This document shows, piece after piece, positions 1-10,318 of a stretch of 64,000 bases of DNA. The position numbers and the translations under genes are program-made. How positions within the stretch are numbered: position 1 is the stretch's first letter; every line of letters begins with the position of its first letter. The notes under the pieces were generated by a model. It was not told the origin of the DNA. It did not search any database and was given only the letters and a program-made list of their open reading frames with translations. Source of the DNA: an uncultured Pseudoflavonifractor sp. (GTDB taxonomy: Bacteria; Bacillota; Clostridia; Oscillospirales; Oscillospiraceae); NCBI GenBank assembly GCA_947644625.1, contig CANRZY010000002.1, positions 2,878-66,877 on the forward strand, in the 5' to 3' direction.

Positions 1-1139
1 GCGTCCTCAAAGTCTTCGGCGGACACGTCTACCCCCCGGCTGGAGGAGCGGGAAGCGGCCTCTTCCTTCCCGGAGGCTTTGCTGGAGGAGCGGGAAGTCC
101 CTTTCGTGCCGGTCAGTTTGGAGGCGTTGGCCCGGATGTCCGCCTCCAGCTTTTCCGCAACATCGGGATTGTCCTTCAGATACTGCCTGGCGGCGTCCCG
201 GCCCTGACCGATCCGCACCTCTCCCATGGAGAACCAGGAACCGGACTTCTGGACAAAGCCAAGCTGAACGGCCATATCCACCAGCTCTCCCTCCTTGGCG
301 ATCCCCTCCCCAAAGAGAATATCAAACTCCGCCTGTTTAAAGGGAGGCGCCACCTTGTTTTTCACGATTTTGGCCCGGACATGGTTGCCGATCACGTCGG
401 AGCCGTTTTTCAGCCCCTCTACCCGGCGGATATCGATACGGACGGAGGAATAGAACTTCAGCGCCCGACCTCCGGTGGTGACCTCAGGGTTGCCGTAGAC
501 CACCCCCACCTTCTCCCGGAGCTGATTGATAAAGATAACGATACAATTGGTCTTGGAAATGACGCCCGCCAGCTTCCGGAGGGCCTGGGACATGAGCCGG
601 GCCAGCAAACCCACATGGGCGTCGCCCATATCCCCCTCGATCTCCGCCCTGGGAGTCAGAGCCGCTACCGAGTCCACCACCACCACGTCAATCGCGCCGG
701 AACGGACCAGGGCCTCACAGATCTCCAGCCCCTGTTCGCCGGTATCAGGCTGGGAGATGAGCATGGAGTCGATGTCCACCCCCAGAGCCTGGGCGTAGAC
801 GGGATCCAGGGCGTGCTCGGCGTCGATGTAGGCTACCTCTCCCCCCCGCTGCTGGGCCTGGGCCACGATATGGAGGGCCAGAGTGGTCTTACCGGAGGAT
901 TCCGGGCCGTAAATCTCAATGATCCGGCCCTTGGGAACGCCGCCGATCCCCAGCGCTATGTCCAGAGCCAGGGATCCGGTGGGAATGGCCTCCACCACCA
1001 CATGGCTGTTTTCTCCCAGGCGCATAACAGCCCCTTTGCCATAGTCCTTCTCGATCTGGGCCAGAGCCGTATCCAAAGCCTTTTTCTTATCCGCAGCCTG
1101 TCCGGGCTGGGTAATGGGCGTCTTTTTCTTCTCTGCCAT
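1..1139 (-). CDS. recA: Recombinase RecA (3' end runs off window edge)
   Basis: Manual translation of the minus strand from ATG at 1139: MAEKKKTP...[35 protein letters not shown]...[11 protein letters not shown]...[16 protein letters not shown]...KNKVAPPFK; not in ORF track because the stop lies outside the window. Confidence 0.98.
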   Translation of the reverse strand, partial: MAEKKKTPITQPGQAADKKKALDTALAQIEKDYGKGAVMRLGENSHVVVEAIPTGSLALDIALGIGGVPKGRIIEIYGPESSGKTTLALHIVAQAQQRGGEVAYIDAEHALDPVYAQALGVDIDSMLISQPDTGEQGLEICEALVRSGAIDVVVVDSVAALTPRAEIEGDMGDAHVGLLARLMSQALRKLAGVISKTNCIVIFINQLREKVGVVYGNPEVTTGGRALKFYSSVRIDIRRVEGLKNGSDVIGNHVRAKIVKNKVAPPFKQAEFDILFGEGIAKEGELVDMAVQLGFVQKSGSWFSMGEVRIGQGRDAARQYLKDNPDVAEKLEADIRANASKLTGTKGTSRSSSKASGKEEAASRSSSRGVDVSAEDFED

Positions 1140-1249
1140 GTTCCTTCTCCTCTCGAAAGGCGGGGCCTTTCCAAATGTATTGATCCAGTTGGCCCGGAGG
1201 CCTTTGGTATGGTTTCATTGTAATCTGTCAGGTGTACGATAAAAGGGAC

Positions 1250-2113
1250 TTATTCGTTGATGGCCCCGGAAACCACCCGCCAGATGTTCTGGGTATCCTG
1301 GAAGGACTGGATATCCTCAAAGCCGTTTTGTCCCATCAGCAGCTCCACATCGGAGGCCTGTCCCGCTCCCACCTCGAACAGGAGCCTGCCCCCCAGACGG
1401 AGAGCCCCCTTCCACTTGGAGCAAACCGTCCGGTAAAAGTCCAGACCGTCCGTTCCTCCGTCCAGCGCCTCACGGGGCTCGTAATCCTTCACCGACACAT
1501 CGAGGGTCAGGATGTCCGCCGTGGGGATATAGGGCGGGTTGCAGGCAATGACGTCAAAATCCCACAGCGCGGGCAGGGGGGGAAGCTTGGCGTCGGCAAA
1601 GGCGCAGATCACCCGGTCGGAAAGCTCACAACGGCGGATGTTCTGCCGGCAGACCCGAAGGGCTCCCTCCGAAACATCAGCCAGCACCACCCGGCATTCA
1701 GGCACATTGGCAGCTACCGCCAGCCCCACACAGCCGCTTCCCGCACACAGGTCCAGCACCCGGCACCCCTCCCCGGCGGCCCTTGCCGCCAGAATGGCCC
1801 GCTCAGCCAACACCTCCGTGTCCATCCGGGGGATCAGTACATCCCGGCACACGTCCAGAGAAAGACCGTAAAACTCCCACTCTCCGATGATATAGGCCAC
1901 CGGCTCCCCCGACAGACGGCGTTGGGTCAGCTCCTCGATCCTGTCCGCAGTCTGGTCGGAAGCGTAGAGAGTCAGATCCCGGTAAAACTCCTCCCGGTTC
2001 TTTCCCGCCACATAACAGACGATCTCCCGTGCCTCCAGCTGGGCGGAGGGGATCCCCGCTGCCTTCAGCTTCCGTCTGGCATTTAAATAGAGGGTATTAT
2101 AGGTGGCCGCCAT
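1250..2113 (-). CDS. prmC: Release factor glutamine N5-methyltransferase
   Basis: RRLSGEPVAYIIG, VLIPRMDTE, LDLCAGSGC, NPPY motifs; start MAATYN after GGAGGTG RBS. Confidence 0.95.
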   Translation of the reverse strand: MAATYNTLYLNARRKLKAAGIPSAQLEAREIVCYVAGKNREEFYRDLTLYASDQTADRIEELTQRRLSGEPVAYIIGEWEFYGLSLDVCRDVLIPRMDTEVLAERAILAARAAGEGCRVLDLCAGSGCVGLAVAANVPECRVVLADVSEGALRVCRQNIRRCELSDRVICAFADAKLPPLPALWDFDVIACNPPYIPTADILTLDVSVKDYEPREALDGGTDGLDFYRTVCSKWKGALRLGGRLLFEVGAGQASDVELLMGQNGFEDIQSFQDTQNIWRVVSGAINE

Positions 2114-2144
2114 CTCTCTCACCTCCACAGAGCTGTCACGCTCC

Positions 2145-2316
2145 ACAAGGGTCTGGTCGCTCGGTCGCTTTACCCGCAAGGAGTACGCCCCATCCGTAAG
2201 GTCGCTTCGCTCCCAACGGCTGGGCTGTCTCTCCGACTCGGCCTGGTCTCCGGACCGAAGGGGCACGGCCCTGTGCTCTGCCTCGCTCCAGTCCAAGCTC
2301 CCTCGCTGACCCTTGT
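2145..2316. repeat. Structured intergenic insert bounded by 9-bp inverted repeat (MITE/REP-like)
   Basis: ACAAGGGTC (2145-2153) and GACCCTTGT (2308-2316) enclose short GC-rich hairpin-like motifs. Confidence 0.4.
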
Positions 2317-2330
2317 TCCGCGCTTCTATT

Positions 2331-3311
2331 TTACCATTTGTCCGCTCCCTCCACCTGGGGCAGTACCTCGGTGAGAGCGCGTATGCCTACCTCGATCATG
2401 CTCTCGTCCGGCTCAAAGGTGGTCCAGCGCTGGATCGCCATGCCGGGGGTCCGGACCAGCCGGCACAGAGGGCCTTCATGGCCGCCCACATAGCGGTTAA
2501 ATTCATAGGTGATGCTGACGATCAAAGGCAGCATCAAAAGGTGCATCCCCATCCGGGCAAAGGTATTTTCCACTTTGATATAAGAGAATACCACACTGGA
2601 AAGAAGGATAGAAACAACGATCACAACAAACAAAAAGCTGGTGCCGCAGCGGGGGTGGTGCTTGGGCTGAATGCGAACGTTCTCCACCGTCAGGGGAAGG
2701 CCCGCCTCATAGCAGAAAATAGTCTTATGCTCCGCCCCATGATATTGAAAGGTACGGTGGATATCTTTCATTTTGGAGCACAGGATCAGATAGAGAAGGA
2801 AAATAATCACCTTCAAAATTCCCTCGATCAAATTTCTTCCCCAGATGGGGCAGCCGGGAAACAGCCGGGTAACAAGCCCTCCCAGGGCCGTGGGCAGCAG
2901 GATAAACAGCCCCACGGAAAAGGCCATTCCCATCACCACGGAAAGGGTAATGATAGCTCCCGTAAGCTTTTCGCTGCCCAGCTTTTCATCCAGCCATTTC
3001 TCCAGCCTGGAGGGCTCCTCCGGCTCTGTCTCTTCGGGGTAAAATTCAGCGGAGTACATCAGAGCGGTGACCCCGTTATACATGGAAGAGCAAAAATTTA
3101 CCACTCCCCGGATCAGAGGCAGTCCCACAAAGGGAAGACGGTCTTTCAAAAGCTTTCTGGGCTCTGTCTTGACCTCCAACGTCCCATCGCTCTTCCGGAC
3201 CACGATGGATTTTTTGTCGGGCCCCATCATCAGAATACCTTCCAAAAGAGCCTGACCGCCGATCATGGTCTTAAAGCCCCCGGCAGCAAGAAAAAGCAGT
3301 CGTTTCAGCAT
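2331..3311 (-). CDS. DUF1385 (YqhQ-like) membrane protein
   Basis: IGGQALLEGILM, YHGAEHK, HPRCGTSF motifs; usual neighbour of prmC. Confidence 0.9.
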   Translation of the reverse strand: MLKRLLFLAAGGFKTMIGGQALLEGILMMGPDKKSIVVRKSDGTLEVKTEPRKLLKDRLPFVGLPLIRGVVNFCSSMYNGVTALMYSAEFYPEETEPEEPSRLEKWLDEKLGSEKLTGAIITLSVVMGMAFSVGLFILLPTALGGLVTRLFPGCPIWGRNLIEGILKVIIFLLYLILCSKMKDIHRTFQYHGAEHKTIFCYEAGLPLTVENVRIQPKHHPRCGTSFLFVVIVVSILLSSVVFSYIKVENTFARMGMHLLMLPLIVSITYEFNRYVGGHEGPLCRLVRTPGMAIQRWTTFEPDESMIEVGIRALTEVLPQVEGADKW

Positions 3312-3442
3312 AGGATTTCGGTTCTCCTTCAGATATCGCCATATGGAGCGGTGTTTTCACAAAAATGGGCCCTGGAGCCCTATCTTTTTCATTTTATCAA
3401 ACCCGCGCCGCTTTTGCAAGGGGCGCGGGTTAAATATAGAAC

Positions 3443-4873
3443 TTATGTTCCACCAACAGTTGGTACGCCCACCGGAAGGCGAATGGTAACGATACACCCG
3501 CCCCCCTCGGCGTTGCCGATGGTAAGCTCCCCGCCGTGGCGGGTCACGATCTCCTCGCAGACCGCCAGACCGATCCCGGAGCCCCGAGCCTTGGAGGAGC
3601 CCTTATAAAACTTATTCTTCACATGGGGAAGCTCATCCGCCGGGACGCCAGGGCCATAGTCCCGAACGGTAATGACAGCCCACTCCTCCTCCAGATGAAT
3701 GGCACAGTCGATCCTTCCACCGCTCCCGCCGTGCTTGGCGGCATTGTCCATAATGTTGCAGAACACCTGCCGGAGCCGCTCCGGATCGGCGTCCACAGGC
3801 GGAAATTCCTCCTCCCTGTCCACATAGGTAAGCTCGATACCATCCTTGCGGAAGAACTCCCGGTAGGTATAGACCGCATCCTCAAATTCCGCCTTCAGAT
3901 CCAGGGGCTCAATGGACAGGGTAAAGCGCCCATCCTCGATCCGGGAGAACTCCAACAGCTCCTCCACCATGTTGGTAAGGCGCTTGGCCTCGGAAACAAT
4001 GATCCCCATTCCCTTTTTCACATCGTCCGCATCCCGGACCTCTCCCCGCTGGATGGTCTCGGCCCAGCCATTGATGGCGGTAAGGGGGGTACGCAGCTCA
4101 TGGGAGACGGAGGAAATGAACTCCGACTTTATCTTCTCTGCCTGGTCGATCCGGGTGGACATATCATTGATAGCGTCGGTCAGGTCTCCGATCTCATCGT
4201 CATGCTGCTTTTCGATCTGAATACCGTAGCTGCCCCCGGCGATCCGCTTGGTGATCTCGGTAATGCTGGCCACCGGCTCCACGATGGATTTGACAAAATA
4301 AAGGTTGGAAACATACACCAGCAATAATATCACAAGCCCGATGGCGGCCGTAATGGAGACAATGATAATCAGCTGCCGGTCCACCAGTCGGAGAGAGGTG
4401 ACATACCGAACCGCAGCCACCGCCCGTCCATCCATGAGGACCGGAACGGTAACCGCCATGATATGCTCCCCGGTGGAGGGATCCATGCCGGTCCAGGGGG
4501 TCGTCTGAGGCGTCTCCCCACTGAGGGCCCCGGCGATATCAGGGGTGCCGGGAGAACTGTAGGCCGCCAGGCCAAAGGTGGAAAAGCGGATGGAGCCGTT
4601 GGGGTCCAAGAACTGCATTTCCACCTTATCCTTTCCCTCCGTGTTATTATTCACGTAGGTGACCACATGCTGGTAGTACTCACTCTGGGTAGAATAGTCG
4701 CTGAAAAACTCCACCACATATTCCGCCTTGGTCTGCAAGCCGTTGGAAAGGGTCGCATAATAGTAGCCTCCCATGGCCACGGAGAAAGCGGTAATGGCAA
4801 AGAGAAGCACAAAAAGGACCACGCCGATGGAGTTTGTCATCCAGCGCCGGCGAATGCCCTTCACTTTTGCCAT
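3443..4873 (-). CDS. HAMP-domain sensor histidine kinase
   Basis: Two TM segments, HAMP (DEIGDL), H-box SHELRTPL, NAAKH, DYGPG, GSGIGL. Confidence 0.95.
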   Translation of the reverse strand: MAKVKGIRRRWMTNSIGVVLFVLLFAITAFSVAMGGYYYATLSNGLQTKAEYVVEFFSDYSTQSEYYQHVVTYVNNNTEGKDKVEMQFLDPNGSIRFSTFGLAAYSSPGTPDIAGALSGETPQTTPWTGMDPSTGEHIMAVTVPVLMDGRAVAAVRYVTSLRLVDRQLIIIVSITAAIGLVILLLVYVSNLYFVKSIVEPVASITEITKRIAGGSYGIQIEKQHDDEIGDLTDAINDMSTRIDQAEKIKSEFISSVSHELRTPLTAINGWAETIQRGEVRDADDVKKGMGIIVSEAKRLTNMVEELLEFSRIEDGRFTLSIEPLDLKAEFEDAVYTYREFFRKDGIELTYVDREEEFPPVDADPERLRQVFCNIMDNAAKHGGSGGRIDCAIHLEEEWAVITVRDYGPGVPADELPHVKNKFYKGSSKARGSGIGLAVCEEIVTRHGGELTIGNAEGGGCIVTIRLPVGVPTVGGT

Positions 4874-4934
4874 GGGTGGTCACTTCCTTTCTCTTCCAAT
4901 TTTTCAGAGGTCAGGCGGACTGGAAACCCGCTTT

Positions 4935-5627
4935 CTAAAACCCCCACTTATACCCGTAGCCCCATACGGTGGTAATATAGGTGGGGTTCGTGGGGTCGTC
5001 TTCGATCTTGATCCGTAGACGGCGGATGTTTACGTCCACGATCTTTACTTCTCCAAAATAGTCCTTTCCCCATACTGCGTCCAGGATCTCCTCCCGTGCC
5101 AGGGCCTTTCCGATATTGTCCATAAAAAGCTTGACAATGGAATATTCCACCTGGGTCAGCTTCACCCGCTGCCCATTTTTTTCCAGAGTCCGGTTCCGGG
5201 TATTCAACAGGAAGGGAGGACAACTGATTTCCCCGGTGTCCGCAGGGGCGGGCTCTCCGGTGGTCCGCCGGCACAAAGCGTCGATACGGGCGGTAAGCTC
5301 CGCAGGAGAAAAGGGCTTGGTCACATAATCGTCCGCCCCGGTCATAAGCCCCGTCACCTTATCCATCTCCTGGGTCCGGGCGGTGAGCATGATGATCCCG
5401 ATCCGGTTATCTCCCGCCCGGATCCGGCGGCAGACCTCAAACCCGTCCATATCGGGAAGCATTACGTCCAAAAGGGCCACATTTATATCGGGGTTCCGGC
5501 GCAGCTGGTCCAAGGCGTCCTGCCCCGTACCCGCCTCTACCGTTTCGTAGCCCGCCCGCTTCAGGTTTATCACAATGAAAGAACGGATATTGGCCTCGTC
5601 CTCCAGCACCAATACTTTTTTACTCAT
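4935..5627 (-). CDS. OmpR/PhoB-family response regulator
   Basis: LLDVMLP receiver, GADDYVTKPF, winged-helix VDVNIRRLR...TVWGYGY. Confidence 0.95.
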   Translation of the reverse strand: MSKKVLVLEDEANIRSFIVINLKRAGYETVEAGTGQDALDQLRRNPDINVALLDVMLPDMDGFEVCRRIRAGDNRIGIIMLTARTQEMDKVTGLMTGADDYVTKPFSPAELTARIDALCRRTTGEPAPADTGEISCPPFLLNTRNRTLEKNGQRVKLTQVEYSIVKLFMDNIGKALAREEILDAVWGKDYFGEVKIVDVNIRRLRIKIEDDPTNPTYITTVWGYGYKWGF

Positions 5628-5647
5628 GCAGCCTTCTCCTTCCTTGT

Positions 5648-7036
5648 TCAGTATCCCCCGTACCAATCGGTACGGATGATGGAAAACCGTTCCTGGACCA
5701 TTTCCTCCGTCAGCCCACTGTCCCAGCCATCCCGGAACTCAGCGGCGTAGATGGTAGGACTTTCGTCCAGACGGTCCAGCGCGTTCATGGGAAACAGAAT
5801 AAAACGGTTCCCCTCCCTGGCCCGCAGCGCCCGGCTGGTCCCTGTCAACTTGTAGATAGTAAGGAAGGGCTTCGGTACGGCAGAGGGCTCCGGCCAGTAG
5901 GAGAAGGTGACCCCCCGCTCCCCACCGCCGGGCAGATCGCTTCGGGACAGGCTCAGATTATTGTCCCACTCATCGGGAAGAATAAAGTACCAGCCGTCCC
6001 GTTCATTATGGTAGGTGGTGAATACCGGAACGGCGTTTCCCCAGGCGTCAAACTGCCGCCAGTGGATCAGCCAAAAGCTCACCGCGTCGGTGGTGATCCG
6101 GTAATCCGTCAGAGGCACCGGCTGCGGGAGCTCCATCACCCCATCGCCGTTGATATCCCGGGGGGAGACCTGGGTATAGAACCGGATGGTCTCTCCGCTT
6201 TCCCCCGTCTCCTGATCCAGGGTCACATTCCTCAGCTCCCCTTCCTGAACAGCAAAAACGTCGGTAATAGCGCCGTTCTCCCCGTAGGAAGAGGAAACAA
6301 AAAGGGCGGGGACCCGGTCTGTCAGGTATCCGGTCTGAACACCGGTAAGGTAATCGCTTTTGATGGTCCCGTCCGCCCCCACATAAGCCCCCACCGAAAG
6401 AGGGGCCTCGCTGGTCTTGGCAAGCACGCCGTCAAAGTCGTAAAGCTCCGCCTGAGGCACTCCCCCGGCGGCGGTACGGAACACCACCAGCTCCTGTTGA
6501 TTGTCCTGATCCAGGTCAAACAGGCGGTATCCGTCGTAATCGGTCCGCATCAGCTCCTCCACCTGCTCAGGGCCAACGGAATAGGCCGCCAGGGAGTGGA
6601 CCTGGGCGGTCATCTGCCAGGAGACCACCACCTCCTTGAAAGGCTCGTCGTCCATCTGGACATAATCCACACAGTTGATGGCGGCTCCTGCTCCCTCAAT
6701 CACGGAGAAGGTTTCATATTCCTCCCCTACCTGGCGAAAAATATATATTTTCAGCGGTTTTTCCTCACTGGGCAGGCGGAAAAAGGCGATGGCCTCCTGC
6801 TTCCCGTCCCCGTCCAGATCCTGAAGCTGGACCGACTGGATCATCTCTCCTGTCAAAGGAGCGGCGTACTCTCCCCCCCGGGCCACCACCTCGCTGAGCC
6901 GGGCCTGAAGAGCTTCATAATCCTTGGAGGGCTGGGGAACAGCGTACAGCTCGTCCACCGGGCGGAAGAAGCAGCCCGTCAAAAGCAGGCACATGAGCGC
7001 CATCATTCCCAACAGTCCTATTCTGTTCTTTTTCAT
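5648..7036 (-). CDS. Lipoprotein with FG-GAP/VCBS-like DxDxDG motifs, directly upstream of the two-component system
   Basis: Lipobox LLTGC; DLDGDG, DLDQDN, DINGDG motifs. Confidence 0.8.
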   Translation of the reverse strand: MKKNRIGLLGMMALMCLLLTGCFFRPVDELYAVPQPSKDYEALQARLSEVVARGGEYAAPLTGEMIQSVQLQDLDGDGKQEAIAFFRLPSEEKPLKIYIFRQVGEEYETFSVIEGAGAAINCVDYVQMDDEPFKEVVVSWQMTAQVHSLAAYSVGPEQVEELMRTDYDGYRLFDLDQDNQQELVVFRTAAGGVPQAELYDFDGVLAKTSEAPLSVGAYVGADGTIKSDYLTGVQTGYLTDRVPALFVSSSYGENGAITDVFAVQEGELRNVTLDQETGESGETIRFYTQVSPRDINGDGVMELPQPVPLTDYRITTDAVSFWLIHWRQFDAWGNAVPVFTTYHNERDGWYFILPDEWDNNLSLSRSDLPGGGERGVTFSYWPEPSAVPKPFLTIYKLTGTSRALRAREGNRFILFPMNALDRLDESPTIYAAEFRDGWDSGLTEEMVQERFSIIRTDWYGGY

Positions 7037-7191
7037 GGCTTCTCCTTCCCTCAAGCTATAGTTATATTTATTTTATCATATACAGCGAAAAAATGATATG
7101 GGTCTAACGCAACTTTTTTGCAAAATTCCCCCTTCCTTTTTCTCGCAGAGAAAAGCGAAGCCGCGCCATAAACCGGCGCGGCTCCCTTGCT

Positions 7192-7533
7192 TTATTTCTT
7201 TTCGCTCTCTTCGCTTTCCTCTTCCTTCTCCTCCTGCTTGAGCTCAAAAGCCAGGATCGCCCGGAGGATCACTACGCCGCCCAGGATCAGGATATCGTTC
7301 AGTTCCCGGATCACCAGGGTCTTCAGGATCTCGGCGGTCATCATAAATTCCAATCCCAGCAGCAGCCCTACCGCCAGGCGCTTCTTCACATGGACCGACC
7401 GTCGGGTCGCAAGGGCGTATATGTAGCGGACAAAGCTGGCCAACGCCGCCTCTGCCACAATAAAAATCCCCGCCAGCTCCAGCACGGGTACCACGATCTC
7501 CAAAACAAGCTCAATGATCTTTTCCAATTCCAT
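7192..7533 (-). CDS. DUF1622 small membrane protein
   Basis: LAVGLLLGLEFMMTAEILKT...LGGVVILR pattern; GGAG RBS. Confidence 0.8.
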   Translation of the reverse strand: MELEKIIELVLEIVVPVLELAGIFIVAEAALASFVRYIYALATRRSVHVKKRLAVGLLLGLEFMMTAEILKTLVIRELNDILILGGVVILRAILAFELKQEEKEEESEESEKK

Positions 7534-7577
7534 ATTTTCTCCCTCTCTTCTCTGTCCTTCGACAATTTTCTGACAGG

Positions 7578-7614
7578 AAAAGACCACACCGCCGCAAAGA
7601 GGTGTGGTCTTTTT
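7578..7614 (-). terminator. Intrinsic terminator after tRNA cluster
   Basis: AAAAGACCACACC...GGTGTGGTCTTTT hairpin immediately 3' of tRNA-Cys. Confidence 0.75.
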
Positions 7615-7688
<74 letters not shown>

Positions 7689-7696
7689 ACAACGTC

Positions 7697-7800
7697 AGAA
7701 GAACTCTGCTCCATTCCGCTTCCGGCTTCGCCGAAAGCTCCATATCCGCAGCGTCCTTCTTCCTTCTCCCCAAAAAAGCTGGGGACCGCTTTTTCGGGGG
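7697..7800 (+). repeat. ~100-nt structured spacer repeat, copy 1
   Basis: Homologous to the reverse complement of 8302-8412; two hairpins with compensatory changes. Confidence 0.75.
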
Positions 7801-7883
7801 CCCCTTTTAGGGACCTTGAGCTTTGCTTGCCTGTCAAGCTGACGCCGCTGGCGGCGCCAGCTGACATGCATGCAAATTTCGAT

Positions 7884-7959
7884 TGGAGCGGGCAACGAGG
7901 CTCGAACTCGCTACCTCCACCTTGGCAAGGTGGCGCTCTACCAGATGAGCTATGCCCGC
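7884..7959 (-). tRNA. tRNA-Gly(GCC)
   Basis: Revcomp GCGGGCATAGCTCATCTGGTAGAGCG...TTGCCAA...GTTCGAG...GCCCGCTCCA. Confidence 0.97.
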
Positions 7960-8061
7960 ATATTTTGTTGGTGCTTTCCTGCCGTTCGAGCCTGCGGCTC
8001 GATCCATCGGCTTCGCCGATATTAACTCCCGCTAATTCGCTTCGCTCACAGCGGGAGTAAA

Positions 8062-8113
8062 TCGCTACCTCCACCTTGGCAAGGTGGCGCTCTACCAGAT
8101 GAGCTATGCCCGC
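8062..8113 (-). pseudogene. 5' 52-nt fragment of tRNA-Gly(GCC)
   Basis: Identical to 7908-7959 but lacks the T-loop and acceptor 3' strand. Confidence 0.85.
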
Positions 8114-8190
8114 GTTTGAGGGTACTCTATACTATGCAATACCTTGGAAAAGGATTCTCCCGGAATGTCCCCATTCCGGGAGAATTTTTC

Positions 8191-8266
<76 letters not shown>

Positions 8267-8301
8267 ATTTCAGAGCCTGCCGGTCCTTGACCTTCAAGCC
8301 C

Positions 8302-8412
8302 TTGACCCTATCCAAAAAAAGCGGTCTCCAGCTTTTTTTGGAAGGCGAGAAAGGAGCCTGTGGATGTGGAGCTTCCGCCTACGGCGGAAGCGGAACGGAA
8401 CAGGCTTCTTTC
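8302..8412 (-). repeat. ~100-nt structured spacer repeat, copy 2 (inverted)
   Basis: Revcomp aligns with 7697-7800. Confidence 0.75.
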
Positions 8413-8416
8413 GAGC

Positions 8417-8493
<77 letters not shown>

Positions 8494-8495
8494 AT

Positions 8496-8571
8496 TGGTG
8501 GGAACAACAGGGCTCGAACCTGTGACATCACGCGTGTAAGGCGTGCGCTCTACCAGCTGAGCTATGCTCCC
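8496..8571 (-). tRNA. tRNA-Val(TAC)
   Basis: Revcomp GGGAGCATAGCTCAGCTGGTAGAGCG...CTTACAC...GTTCGAG...TCCCACCA. Confidence 0.97.
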
Positions 8572-8601
8572 CTGTGGTTACCGTCCCAAGCGGCGATGAT
8601 T

Positions 8602-8630
8602 ATTATACTAAAACCCCCGCCGCCTGTCAA
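8602..8630 (-). promoter_or_regulatory. SigA promoter of tRNA operon
   Basis: Perfect TTGACA-N17-TATAAT on the minus strand. Confidence 0.9.
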
Positions 8631-8672
8631 GGCAAAATTCAACATTCAGGCATTTTTCTTTTGGCCCTGCCT

Positions 8673-9572
8673 CTATTTCTCCCGGTGATCCGGGTCTTCT
8701 CCCCGGATCAGCTCTTCCAGCTCCTCCCGCTCGAAATGATATACCGCGTCACAAAACTGGCAGGTAAGCTCCGCTCCTCCCTGCTCTTCGATCAGGGCCC
8801 GCAGCTCCTGGGGCCCCATGCTGACAAGGGCGTTTTTGACCCGAGACCGGCTGCAATAGCATTTATACTCTACCTTATGCCGCTCCAGCGTTTCCAGTTC
8901 AAAGCCGGACAACGCCCGGCGCAGAAGGGCCTCGGCGTCCATCCCTTCCTCCATAAGCGCAACGGTCACAGGCCCAAGGGCGGCTACCCCCGCCTCCACC
9001 TTCTCCACCACTTCCTCCGACGCTCCGGGAAGAAGCTGGATCAGATACCCTCCCGCCCGAAGGACGGATTGGTCCGTATCCACCAGCACCCCCAGGGCGC
9101 AGGCGGAGGGGATCTGTTCACTGACGGCAAAGTAGGCCGTTACATCCTCGGCAATCTCTCCGGAGACCAGGGGGATCATCCCCACGTAAGGCTCCTTCAT
9201 CTCCAGGTCCTTAATGACGGTGAGGGTCCCCGACCTTCCCACGGCCCCGCCCACATCCAGTTTTCCATTGGACTTCAAAGGCAAGAGCACCGCCGGATTC
9301 TGGACAAAGCCCCGCACGTTCCCCTGGGTATCCGCCACGGCGGTAAGGGATCCCATGGGGCCGTTTCCTTTGAGGCGCAGGGTCACAGAGGCACCCTCCC
9401 CCTTAAGCTGATCTCCCATCATAGAGCAGGCCATCAGCGACCGGCCCAGAGCGGCGGTAACCACAGGCAGGGTCCGATGGATCTGTCTGGCTCTTTCCAC
9501 AAGGCCCCTTCCGGTCACTGCCATAGCCTTTACCGGAGCGTCCCTGGCGATCATACGGACGATCTCGTCCAT
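8673..9572 (-). CDS. hslO: Hsp33 redox-regulated chaperone
   Basis: AALGR, SGEIAED, SEQIPSA, CYCS...CQFC zinc motif. Confidence 0.95.
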   Translation of the reverse strand: MDEIVRMIARDAPVKAMAVTGRGLVERARQIHRTLPVVTAALGRSLMACSMMGDQLKGEGASVTLRLKGNGPMGSLTAVADTQGNVRGFVQNPAVLLPLKSNGKLDVGGAVGRSGTLTVIKDLEMKEPYVGMIPLVSGEIAEDVTAYFAVSEQIPSACALGVLVDTDQSVLRAGGYLIQLLPGASEEVVEKVEAGVAALGPVTVALMEEGMDAEALLRRALSGFELETLERHKVEYKCYCSRSRVKNALVSMGPQELRALIEEQGGAELTCQFCDAVYHFEREELEELIRGEDPDHREK

Positions 9573-9574
9573 GC

Positions 9575-10318
9575 TCACTCTTCCTTTCCCGCAACAAAAA
9601 ATACCCGCTGTTCCCCTATACGGGGCGCACGGCGCGTGAGTTCTCCATATCGTTTGATCCGGACAAAGCCCGCTTCCTTTAAATAACTCTCCAGCTCGTC
9701 CATGGTGTAAGCATACTCCTGGTGGAGCTCGCTGCCCCGCTCCCAGGCTTGCCCCCGCCGACGGAAAATATCCATCCAGAAGGAGCATACCCGCCGCTTG
9801 GCGCTGTATTCTCCCCTCCAGACGCAAAACTCGTTCTCCGTCTCGTCCAAAAAGACCTGCCCGTCCATGCTTTCCAGTTTTTCCGGCGTATCCGCGTCAA
9901 AGAGAAACATACCTCCCGGCTCCAGCACGTCATAGACCCGTTGAAACGCCTTTTGCAGTTTTTGAGGCTTTAATACATAATTCACGCTGTCCAGACAGCA
10001 CACGCAGGCGTCCACCGGACCGGGAAGCCGGAGCCGCTCCATCCCCTGACAGAAGAACCGGGGCCTGTTCGGCAGGTCCCGGCACTTTTCTTCCGCAATG
10101 GAGAGCATATCGTCGGACAGATCCACCCCTGTCAGCTCATAGCCCCGCAAAGACAGCTCATAGGTAAGGCTCCCCGTACCGCAGCAAAGGTCCAACACAG
10201 TATGGACCGGCCTTTTCAGGCGGGCAAAATGGCCCTCAATGTAGTCGGCCCAGCGGGGATATTCCACATCGGCGGTAAGGGCGTCATAGCTGCCCGCCAA
10301 AAATTCATAGCTTGCCAT
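9575..10318 (-). CDS. Class I SAM-dependent methyltransferase
   Basis: VLDLCCGTG, GVDLS, DSVNY, LEPGG. Confidence 0.9.
   Translation of the reverse strand: MASYEFLAGSYDALTADVEYPRWADYIEGHFARLKRPVHTVLDLCCGTGSLTYELSLRGYELTGVDLSDDMLSIAEEKCRDLPNRPRFFCQGMERLRLPGPVDACVCCLDSVNYVLKPQKLQKAFQRVYDVLEPGGMFLFDADTPEKLESMDGQVFLDETENEFCVWRGEYSAKRRVCSFWMDIFRRRGQAWERGSELHQEYAYTMDELESYLKEAGFVRIKRYGELTRRAPRIGEQRVFFVAGKEE

Noticed and set aside
42-98. Repeated GGAGGAGCGGGAAG in the recA 3' region
   Set aside because: Short duplication in the low-complexity Ser-rich RecA tail.
381-1223. 280-aa plus-strand ORF and similar long antisense ORFs across the window (e.g. 16511-18451, 18564-19940, 50261-51316)
   Set aside because: Shadow frames opposite well-supported genes, expected with GC-rich codon usage.
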